From contig JAUCBJ010005597.1 of assembly GCA_032718475.1 (NCBI GenBank), positions 1 to 64,000 on the forward strand: a stretch of 64,000 bases of DNA, written 5' to 3'. Made by a program: the position numbers and the translations under genes. This document shows, piece by piece, positions 13,932 to 25,900 of this stretch (positions within the stretch are counted from its first letter, which is position 1; each line of letters starts with the position of its first letter). The DNA comes from Nemertoderma westbladi. Taxonomy: Eukaryota > Animalia > Xenacoelomorpha. The notes below the pieces were generated by a model that saw only the letters and a list, made by a program, of their open reading frames with translations, did no database searches and was not told the DNA's origin.

Positions 13932-13997
13932 TCACGTCCGCACCTGGAAGTTTCCTGCTTTTGTAATGTACTTGACACCTTTAAATGGTTTGTATTT
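13932..13997 (-). CDS. AP3M1: AP3M exon 10 (last coding exon)
   Basis: TTTTAG|KYKPFKGVKYITKAGNFQVRT-TGA. Confidence 0.95.
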   Translation of the reverse strand, partial: KYKPFKGVKYITKAGNFQVRT

Positions 13998-16900
13998 CTA
14001 AAAATAAAATAAAACCATGCAGAGTAAGAGACATAATACTCTTAATTCGTTAAATCCGTTAAAAATCCGTTAGTGTTAACGCAATAACGCCAACTATTGC
14101 ATTTAGTCCATAATAACTGCATGGAGAGGACAACTAACAGATCACTATACACCTACATCCAAATGGTATGCCTAGTTAACAGTTCTAGGCGTGTTCTTTA
14201 CAAATAGTGGACCTGCAACTTTGTAATATGTCAGTTTTAACTGATTATAAGACTTAAAAATAATTCAACATGGCCTAAACAAATTCTACATTTGCTATAT
14301 GCTACCACATTGCTATCCTGCTATACGTAGTCAAAACATCTTCAACGAATGGCCTGGTCGATAAATAAATTTATATACTTAGCTAGACTTTAACTAGCAG
14401 ACTTTACCGTGTAATTTGCTAATATTAATAATTCTAAAACCTACCAATTTCGTGCTCTATCGATCCCCATGATAAAATTTGGAAAAGAAATTCCACCAAA
14501 TAATTATATATTACATGGGAAAAAAAGTAGAACTTTCTTTCACTATTCTCGAGGCATTTTATTTACGAGCGTTAGCGACGTTAATAAACGGTCGAGAGAA
14601 TATTGAAAAAAATGTTACGTTTTTTCCCATGAATACGTAATTTTATTCTTAAATTGGAACGTTTTTGTTGCTCAATTATTTAATAAAAGTTATAGAGCGG
14701 TATAGTGTTACAAGAACTGTAATATTAATATTTTACTATATTGCTTTGGCTTCCATAGTTACTCCTGGTGCCGCCTTAACTCGCTGTTAAATAATTTAGT
14801 GTTCTCGAATATTTATTACGTAACTAGATAGCCGGTTAACTACAGAAACTAATATTGGATATTGAGTTCTGTTTTGGAATTCGCCTTGCAGACACTAAAG
14901 TTGCAATAACTTTTTGAGTGTGTGCATGGATTTTGCAGAAATTACGTACTATTCCAATTCGATGCTCTTTCGATATGTAACAAAATTTAAAAAATTTCAC
15001 CGAAAATATTTTATTTTACCTTTTTCGCCGGGAAAAAAGTAAAATCAGTGCAATCCTTTGGGTTTATTTTTTTCCCTAGGGAAAAAAATAACTTTTTCCC
15101 CGAGTTTGGGGTATATATTCGAGCAAAAAGTAACAATTTAAGAATAAAATAATTTTATTTATTATAATATTTTAACAGTAAAAACTAAAAAGTACCATAT
15201 GCGATATTTGTAACCGGTATCGGTATACAGTTTTGGTTCATTACATATTATTTATGTGTATTAAATTGGATTGCACGATAAAACTTACCTCCCCATACAT
15301 ATCTAAACGATTAACCCGCAATCCCGACACTGCTAATTGTTCGATCTTAAAGTGAACAGTTACAATTGGATTGGAATCTGGTAAGGGAACGCCGTGCTGT
15401 AAATTAATCTAAAAAACAATTAGGATTGTTAAATGCACCAAACTGAAGTGACTTCCGGGAAACGCTCCGTCCTATAATTAGACTAGCTACTACAACAATA
15501 TACAATATATTACCAGTTGGTTGGCCAACCGTGAAGGCAGTGATAGTGTTCGGCTGGTCACTCATGGAGAAACAACCGGGTATAGAATATTATACTAAAT
15601 TAATATATTTAAAACTAATAAAGGATAAAGTGGACAAATTTAATGTAGAATAATACAAAGTTAAGGAAACAGATACATCGTGATGGTTTAGACATAAATT
15701 ACAGAAAATATAATCATTATCAAAGCATCTTGTGGGGCGAGCCACGAAGTACGCGAGCTTAGCATACGGGTACCGCCGTCTGTGCTTCGTTTTGTTGTCG
15801 AATGATTGAGGTTACAGACTATCACAGTTGAGATGTCAACGATACACCGCTGGGGGGAGATAACTTCGGGCCTAGGTTGAACTTCTCAACGATACACCAC
15901 TGGGGGGAGATAACTTCGGGCCTAGGTTGAATTTCTAAACGACACGCTACTGGGGGAGAGAACTTCGGGCCTAGGTTGAACTTCTCAACGATACGCTACT
16001 GGGGGAGAGAACTTCGGGCCTAGGTTGAACTTCTCAACGACACGCTACTGGGGGAGAGAACTTCGGGCCTAGGTTGAACTTCTCAACGACACGCTACTGG
16101 GGGAGAGAACTTCGGGCCTAGGTTGAACTTCTCAACGATACGCTACTGGGGGAGAGAACTTCGGGCCCAGGTTGAACTTCTCAACGACACGCTACTGGGG
16201 GAGAGAACTTCGGGCCTAGGTTGAACTTCTCAACGATACGCTACTGGGGGAGAGAACTTCGGGCCTAGGTTGAACTTCTCAACGACACGCTACTGGGGGA
16301 GAGAACTTCGGGCCTAGGTTGAACTTCTCAACGACACGCTACTGGGGGAGAGAACTTCGGGCCTAGGTTGAACTTCTCAACGACACGCTACTGGGGGAGA
16401 GAACTTCGGGCCCAGGTTGAACTTCTCAACGACACGCTACTGGGGGAGAGAACTTCGGGCCTAGGTTGAACTTCTCAACGATACGCTACTGGGGGAGAGA
16501 ACTTCGGGCCCAGGTTGAACTTCTCAACGACACGCTACTGGGGGAGAGAACTTCGGGCCTAGGTTGAACTTCTCAACGATACGCTACTGGGGGAGAGAAC
16601 TTCGGGCCTAGGTTGAACTTCTCAACGACACGCTACTGGGGGAGAGAACTTCGGGCCTAGGTTGAACTTCTCAACGATACGCTACTGGGGGAGAGAACTT
16701 CGGGCCTAGGTTGAACTTCTCAACGACACGCTACTGGGGGAGAGAACTTCGGGCCTAGGTTGAACTTCTCAACGATACGCTACTGGGGGAGAGAACTTCG
16801 GGCCTAGGTTGAACTTCTCAACGACACGCTACTGGGGGAGAGAACTTCGGGCCTAGGTTGAACTTCTCAACGATACGCTACTGGGGGAGAGAACTTCGGG

Positions 16901-19900
16901 CCTAGGTTGAACTTCTCAACGACACGCTACTGGGGGAGAGAACTTCGGGCCTAGGTTGAACTTCTCAACGATACGCTACTGGGGGAGAGAACTTCGGGCC
17001 TAGGTTGAACTTCTCAACGACACGCTACTGGGGGAGAGAACTTCGGGCCTAGGTTGAACTTCTCAACGATACGCTACTGGGGGAGAGAACTTCGGGCCTA
17101 GGTTGAACTTCTCAACGATACGCTACTGGGGGAGAGAACTTCGGGCCCAGGTTGAACTTCTCAACGACACGCTACTGGGGGAGAGAACTTCGGGCCTAGG
17201 TTGAACTTCTCAACGATACGCTACTGGGGGAGAGAACTTCGGGCCTAGGTTGAACTTCTCAACGACACGCTACTGGGGGAGAGAACTTCGGGCCTAGGTT
17301 GAACTTCTCAACGACACGCTACTGGGGGAGAGAACTTCGGGCCTAGGTTGAACTTCTCAACGATACGCCACTGGGGGAGAGAACTTCGGGCCCAGGTTGA
17401 ACTTCTCAACGACACGCTACTGGGGGAGAGAACTTCGGGCCTAGGTTGAACTTCTCAACGATACACCACTGGGGGAGAGAACTTCGGGCCTAGGTCGAAC
17501 TTCTCAACGACACGCTACTGGGGGAGAGAACTTCGGGCCTAGGTTGAACTTCTCAACGACACGCTACTGGGGGAGAGAACTTCGGGCCTAGGTTGAACTT
17601 CTCAACGACACGCTACTGGGGGAGAGAACTTCGGGCCTAGGTTGAACTTCTCAACGACACGCTACTGGGGGAGAGAACTTCGGGCCCAGGTTGAATTTCT
17701 CAACGACACGCCACTGGGGGAGAGAACTTCGGGCCTAGGTTGAACTTCTCAACGACACGCTACTGGGGGAGAGAACTTCGGGCCTAGGTTGAACTTCTCA
17801 ACGATACGCCACTGGGGGAGAGAACTTCGGGCCTAGGTTGAACTTCTCAACGACACGCTACTGGGGGGAGATAACTTCGGGCCTAGGTTGAACTTCTCAA
17901 CGATACGCTACTGGGGGAGAGAACTTCGGGCCTAGGTTGAACTTCTCAACGATACGCCACTGGGGGAGAGAACTTCGGGCCTAGGTTGAACTTCTCAACG
18001 ACACGCTACTGGGGGAGAGAACTTCGGGCCTAGGTTGAACTTCTCAACGATACACCACTGGGGGAGAGAACTTCGGGCCCAGGTTGAACTTCTCAACGAT
18101 ACGCCACTGGGGGAGAGAACTTCGGGCCTAGGTTGAACTTCTCAACGATACGCTACTGGGGGAGAGAACTTCGGGCCTAGGTTGAACTTCTCAACGATAC
18201 GCCACTGGGGGAGAGAACTTCGGGCCTAGGTTGAACTTCTCAACGACACGCTACTGGGGGAGAGAACTTCGGGCCTAGGTTGAATTTCTCAACGACACGC
18301 TACTGGGGGAGAGAACTTCGGGCCTAGGTTGAACTTCTCAACGATACGCTACTGGGGGAGAGAACTTCGGGCCTAGGTTGAATTTCTCAACGACACGCTA
18401 CTGGGGGAGAGAACTTCGGGCCTAGGTTGAATTTCTCAACGACACGCTACTGGGGGAGAGAACTTCGGGCCTAGGTTGAACATCTCAACGACACGCTACT
18501 GGGGGGAGATAACTTCGGGCCTAGGTTGAACTTCTCAACGACACGCTACTGGGGGAGAGAACTTCGGGCCTAGGTTGAACTTCTCAACGATACACCACTG
18601 GGGGAGAGAACTTCGGGCCTAGGTTGAACATCTCAACGACACGCTACTGGGGGGAGATAACTTCGGGCCTAGGTTGAACTTCTCAACGACACGCTACTGG
18701 GGGAGAGAACTTCGGGCCTAGGTTGAACTTCTCAACGATACACCACTGGGGGAGAGAACTTCGGGCCTAGGTTGAACATCTCAACGATACACCACTGGGG
18801 GAGAGAACTTCGGGCCTAGGTTGAACTTCTCAACGATACGCCACTGGGGGAGAGAACTTCGGGCCCAGGTTGAACTTCTCAACGATACGCCACTGGGGGA
18901 GAGAACTTCGGGCCTAGGTTGAATTTCTCAACGACACGCTACTGGGGGAGAGAACTTCGGGCCTAGGTTGAACTTCTCAACGATACGCTACTGGGGGAGA
19001 GAACTTCGGGCCCAGGTTGAACTTCTCAACGATACGCCACTGGGGGAGAGAACTTCGGGCCTAGGTTGAATTTCTCAACGACACGCTACTGGGGGAGAGA
19101 ACTTCGGGCCTAGGTTGAATTTCTCAACGACACGCTACTGGGGGAGAGAACTTCGGGCCTAGGTTGAATTTCTCAACGACACGCTACTGGGGGAGAGAAC
19201 TTCGGGCCTAGGTTGAACTTCTCAACGATACACTACTGGGGGAGAGAACTTCGGGCCTAGGTTGAATTTCTCAACGACACGCTACTGGGGGAGAGAACTT
19301 CGGGCCTAGGTTGAATTTCTCAACGACACGCTACTGGGGGAGAGAACTTCGGGCCTAGGTTGAACTTCTCAACGATACGCTACTGGGGGAGAGAACTTCG
19401 GGCCTAGGTTGAACTTCTCAACGACACGCTACTGGGGGAGAGAACTTCGGGCCTAGGTTGAATTTCTCAACGACACGCTACTGGGGGAGAGAACTTCGGG
19501 CCTAGGTTGAACATCTCAACGACACGCTACTGGGGGGAGATAACTTCGGGCCTAGGTTGAACTTCTCAACGACACGCTACTGGGGGAGAGAACTTCGGGC
19601 CTAGGTTGAACTTCTCAACGATACACCACTGGGGGAGAGAACTTCGGGCCTAGGTTGAACTTCTTAACGACACGCTACTGGGGGAGAGAACTTCGGGCCT
19701 AGGTTGAACTTCTCAACGACACGCTACTGGGGGAGAGAACTTCGGGCCCAGGTTGAATTTCTCAACGACACGCCACTGGGGGAGAGAACTTCGGGCCTAG
19801 GTTGAACTTCTCAACGATACGCTACTGGGGGAGAGAACTTCGGGCCTAGGTTGAACTTCTCAACGACACGCTACTGGGGGAGAGAACTTCGGGCCCAGGT

Positions 19901-22900
19901 TGAATTTCTCAACGACACGCCACTGGGGGAGAGAACTTCGGGCCTAGGTTGAACTTCTTAACGACACGCTACTGGGGGAGAGAACTTCGGGCCTAGGTTG
20001 AACTTCTCAACGACACGCTACTGGGGGAGAGAACTTCGGGCCCAGGTTGAATTTCTCAACGACACGCCACTGGGGGAGAGAACTTCGGGCCTAGGTTGAA
20101 CTTCTCAACGATACGCTACTGGGGGAGAGAACTTCGGGCCTAGGTTGAACTTCTCAACGATACGCCACTGGGGGAGAGAACTTCGGGCCTAGGTTGAACT
20201 TCTCAACGACACGCTACTGGGGGGAGATAACTTCGGGCCTAGGTTGAACTTCTCAACGACACGCTACTGGGGGAGAGAACTTCGGGCCTAGGTTGAACTT
20301 CTCAACGACACGCTACTGGGGGATAGAACTTCGGGCCTAGGTTGAACATCTCAACGATACACCACTGGGGGAGAGAACTTCGGGCCTAGGTTGAACTTCT
20401 CAACGACACGCTACTGGGGGAGAGAACTTCGGGCCTAGGTTGAACTTCTCAACGACACGCTACTGGGGGATAGAACTTCGGGCCTAGGTTGAACATCTCA
20501 ACGATACACCACTGGGGGAGAGAACTTCGGGCCTAGGTTGAACTTCTCAACGATACGCCACTGGGGGAGAGAACTTCGGGCCCAGGTTGAACTTCTCAAC
20601 GATACGCCACTGGGGGAGAGAACTTCGGGCCTAGGTTGAACTTCTCAACGATACGCTACTGGGGGAGAGAACTTCGGGCCTAGGTTGAACTTCTCAACGA
20701 TACGCCACTGGGGGAGAGAACTTCGGGCCTAGGTTGAACTTCTCAACGATACGCTACTGGGGGAGAGAACTTCGGGCCTAGGTTGAACTTCTCAACGATA
20801 CACCACTGGGGGAGAGAACTTCGGGCCCAGGTTGAACTTCTCAACGACACGCTACTGGGGGAGAGAACTTCGGGCCTAGGTTGAATTTCTCAACGACACG
20901 CTACTGGGGGAGAGAACTTCGGGCCTAGGTTGAACTTCTCAACGATACGCCACTGGGGGAGAGAACTTCGGGCTTAGGTTGAACTTCTCAACGATACGCC
21001 ACTGGGGGAGAGAACTTCGGGCCTAGGTTGAACTTCTCAACGATACGCCACTGGGGGAGAGAACTTCGGGCCTAGGTTGAACATCTCAACGACACGCTAC
21101 TGGGGGGAGATAACTTCGGGCCTAGGTTGAACTTCTCAACGACACGCTACTGGGGGGAGATAACTTCGGGCCTAGTTGAACTTCTCAACGACACGCTACT
21201 GGGGGAGAGAACTTCGGGCCTAGGTTGAACTTCTCAACGATACACCACTGGGGGAGAGAACTTCGGGCCTAGGTTGAACATCTCAACGACACGCTACTGG
21301 GGGGAGATAACTTCGGGCCTAGGTTGAACTTCTCAACGACACGCTACTGGGGGAGAGAACTTCGGGCCTAGTTGAACTTCTCAACGACACGCTACTGGGG
21401 GAGAGAACTTCGGGCCTAGGTTGAACTTCTCAACGATACGCCACTGGGGGAGAGAACTTCGGGCCTAGGTTGAACATCTCAACGACACGCTACTGGGGGG
21501 AGATAACTTCGGGCCTAGGTTGAACTTCTCAACGACACGCTACTGGGGGGAGATAACTTCGGGCCTAGTTGAACTTCTCAACGACACGCTACTGGGGGAG
21601 AGAACTTCGGGCCTAGGTTGAACTTCTCAACGATACACCACTGGGGGAGAGAACTTCGGGCCTAGGTTGAACATCTCAACGACACGCTACTGGGGGGAGA
21701 TAACTTCGGGCCTAGGTTGAACTTCTCAACGACACGCTACTGGGGGAGAGAACTTCGGGCTTAGGTTGAACTTCTCAACGATACACCACTGGGGGAGAGA
21801 ACTTCGGGCTTAGGTTGAACTTCTCAACGATACACCACTGGGGAGAGAACTTCGGGCCTAGGTTGAACTTCTCAACGACACGCTACTGGGGGAGAGAACT
21901 TCGGGCCTAGGTTGAACTTCTCAACGATACGCCACTGGGGGAGAGAACTTCGGGCTTAGGTTGAACTTCTCAACGACACGCTACTGGGGGAGATAACTTC
22001 GGGCCTAGGTTGAACTTCTCAACGACACGCTACTGGGGGAGAGAACTTCGGGCTTAGGTTGAACTTCTCAACGATACACCACTGGGGGAGAGAACTTCGG
22101 GCTTAGGTTGAACTTCTCAACGATACACCACTGGGGAGAGAACTTCGGGCCTAGGTTGAACTTCTCAACGATACACCACTGGGGGAGAGAACTTCGGGCT
22201 TAGGTTGAACTTCTCAACGATACGCCACTGGGGGAGAGAACTTCGGGCCCAGGTTGAACATCTCAACGATACGCCACTGGGGGAGAGAACTTCGGGCTTA
22301 GGTTGAACTTCTCAACGACACGCTACTGGGGGAGAGAACTTCGGGCTTAGGTTGAACTTCTCAACGATACACCACTGGGGGAGAGAACTTCGGGCTTAGG
22401 TTGAACTTCTCAACGATACACCACTGGGGAGAGAACTTCGGGCCTAGGTTGAACTTCTCAACGATACACCACTGGGGGAGAGAACTTCGGGCTTAGGTTG
22501 AACTTCTCAACGATACGCCACTGGGGGAGAGAACTTCGGGCCTAGGTTGAACTTCTCAACGATACGCCACTGGGGGAGAGAACTTCGGGCCCAGGTTGAA
22601 CATCTCAACGATACACCACTGGGGAGAGAACTTCGGGCCTAGTTGAACTTCGGCAAGAATGTTTTGGATGTACTAGGCAGGGCGCATCTATAACATAAAT
22701 GGTCGCTAAAAATAAACTCAGGTTATTCTGGAGAGTATTAGTTTTGCGGAGACATTGTCGGATATCTTCGGATCAGCTGTTTGTAGATGTAAATTACTTA
22801 CAGTTCCGGATATCTTTGGGTCAGCTGTTTGTAGATGTAAATTACTTACAGTTCCGGATATCTTTGGGTCAGCTGTTAGTGAATGAGATTTACTTACAGT

Positions 22901-25900
22901 TCCGGATATCTTTGGGTCAGCTGTTAGTGAATGAGATTTACTTAAAGTTCCGGATATCTTTGGGTCAGCTGTTAGTGAATGAGATTTACTTACAGTTCCG
23001 GATATCTTTGGGTCAGCTGTTTGTGAATGAGATTTACTTACAGTTCCGGATATCTTTGGGTCAACTGTTTGTGAATGAGATTTACTTACAGTTCCGGATA
23101 TCTTTGGGTCAGCTGTCTGTGAATGATATTTACTTACAGTTCCGGATATCTTTGGGTCAGCTGTTTGTGAATGAGATTTACTTACAGTTCCGGATATCTT
23201 TGGGTCAGCTGTTTGTGAATGAGATTTACTTACAGTTCCGGATATCTTTGGGTCAGCTGTCTGTGAATGATATTTACTTACAGTTCCGGATATCTTTGGG
23301 TCAGCTGTTTGTGAATGAGATTTACTTACAGTTCCGGATATCTTTGGGTCAGCTGTTTGTGAATGAGATTTACTTACAGTTCCGGATATCTTTGGGTCAG
23401 CTGTTTGTGAATGATATTTACTTACAGTTCCGGATATCTTTGGGTCAGCTGTCTGTGAATGATATTTACTTACAGTTCCGGATATCTTTGGGTCAGCTGT
23501 TAGTGAATGAGATTTACTTACAGTTCCGGATATCTTTGGGTCAGCTGTTAGTGAATGAGATTTACTTACAGTTCCGGATATTTTTGGATTAGCTGTTAGT
23601 GAATCAGATTTACTTACAGTTCCGGATATCTTTGGATTAGCTGTCTGTGGCTGCAGCTTTCCAACATCCCAGATCATTCGCTTGTTCTGCTGGTCGAAGT
23701 TGTATGTGCCTTGTGTCGCATTCAGGTTGACATTTAGAACAGATTTAGGTAACTGGACGGAAAGTTGCAACAAGTCAACCTGAAAATTGTAAGTAATAAC
23801 TATTTACACACTTGTGTGTAAAGTAGCACATTACAATGCGATGATCCGAGTGGCTTTCTTACACGAACGAACGTTAGTGAGTGAGTGAAAATAAAGCCAC
23901 GAGGATCAGAACACTGTAAAGTACTTTGCAACAAGTATGTTATGTAGTTTTATTCCAGAATTTTAACATTACGAAATGATTGTATATATATTATAAGTGA
24001 TAGAAACTGCACAAATTATATTAGTTGCTGTATAAATAAATGTAAAAATGACATAAATTATGTTATAAATAAGTTAGCTTATATTTATGGTGGCGTTTGG
24101 AACCATGTTATAATGATATAGCTAGGCCCTACTGGATATTAATAGCTATACCCCGCCTACCGGTAGATATTGCAGTAGGCCTATCTGGCTGTCAGACAAA
24201 TTCCCACCTATTGTTTACGTGGTATCCAATGACGGCGTTAGTAATCTCCCCTTAGTGGATATTACTTAACACCGTCATGGGTTACCACGTAAACAATAAC
24301 ACCAAATAAAATACTAATTGGACAGGCCAATACAATGCTGTAATGTCCTCTAAAGTTGTAAAGTTCTAAATAACAACTCGCTGTTAATACTAACGGCGTT
24401 GAGTAATGTTACAATTTTGGAATAATATAATATCATTTATTGCTCGGTGAAAAATACATCCTATCCAACCATTCTAGATAAAATATAAAACAGCACATTA
24501 TCAGCTAAAATCTACGATATTTAGGGTTTTCGTGGGCGGTGATTTCATTTCCGATGTCTATTTTGTCTGTTTACATGTTTGGCTGATTGCTTTCTGTATG
24601 TCTGTAAGTCTCTCGGGTAAATATTTAAAAGCCCATTTCTCGGCAGTTTAATTTTATCAAATAACTGATTTACGACAATTTTAACTAAAACATTAAAACC
24701 ATGATAATTTGTAGTTTCATACAATTTAGTAATTCGTAGTTAATTTGATGTTATTTCAACAAGAATCACTAAGTTAATGATTCAACCCCTGTCTTCTTTT
24801 GGACGGTTATACGGGCGCACCTTCGTTGCTCACAGCTACGACGTCGTCCACATTCTAAATATTAATTGGAATAATCCCAAATACCACAAACCAATTGTTA
24901 TTATCATAATTATTAATACAGTAGTTATCTTAAAATGAAACTCACCGTTTTCCCCATAGATTGCTTAGAACCAACGGATATGTCAAGTCTGCCTCCGCTA
25001 TCACGAAATGATATTGAGGGTTTAACGAAAACTGGAATTGCAACCATACTAAATAAGAAATAAGATACAGGGAATGTAAATGTGTGTGGTGAACTGAGTT
25101 GAAGATTTTTTTATGCTCTAATGCAAATGACAAATGTAAATAGTTAGTGTTGTTAAGTACAAGACATCAATTCAGAAAAGAAACCAATACCAGTGACAAA
25201 CTGAACTCATTCAGACTCACACTAATAAATTACATTCCCGATAACAGGTTCAAACCTAATTTTGCACCCCAATATTCTTTAAACCTACTTTTGCACACGA
25301 TATTGTTTAAACCTATAACTTTGCCCCCGAAATGGTTTAAACCTACTTCTGAGCCCCGATGTGGTAAGTCATTAGCCGAAAGTTGCCATCAGGGGGAACG
25401 AAAGAGAGCAGCCGTTCAGATTCCCAACGCTTGTATCGAACGCAGGGGTGGAAGGCTACGTCATCCAGCAGCCGGGGGTTAACGAAGGTCAACGTTAGAT
25501 CCGGCATACCAGACAGACGGATGGAACAGTCGATGACACCGGTAATCTCAGCTGATACAGTAGACCCCTAAAATGGGAATCAAATAAGTCAGATAAGTTG
25601 GTTAAATAAGAATTTATACAAGTGAGACTGTATAGGAACTATCATGGTTTTGCATTTGTAACGATTTAAATAAAATGAAAATATTTCAACATTTCCTAAG
25701 CGGTTCAAATAAAGTTATCCCAATAGCATTGATGAGTTGTCTTTGTTTAGTAAGCGTAATAGCTTCCTACGAAGTCGAAGATGGTACCGAAACATATGGC
25801 AGGTAATAATAGATTTAATGAACAAAAAAACGAATTTATAATGGGACTTACTAGGTTGTCAATAATACAATCTAGACTATCAATGATATCAACCAGCGCC

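Noticed and set aside
22699-23592. 297-aa plus-strand repeat ORF (QLFVNEIYLQFRISLG)n
   Set aside because: It is the antisense reading of the 48-bp exon-junction repeat; the unit clearly derives from the minus-strand AP3M exon 8.
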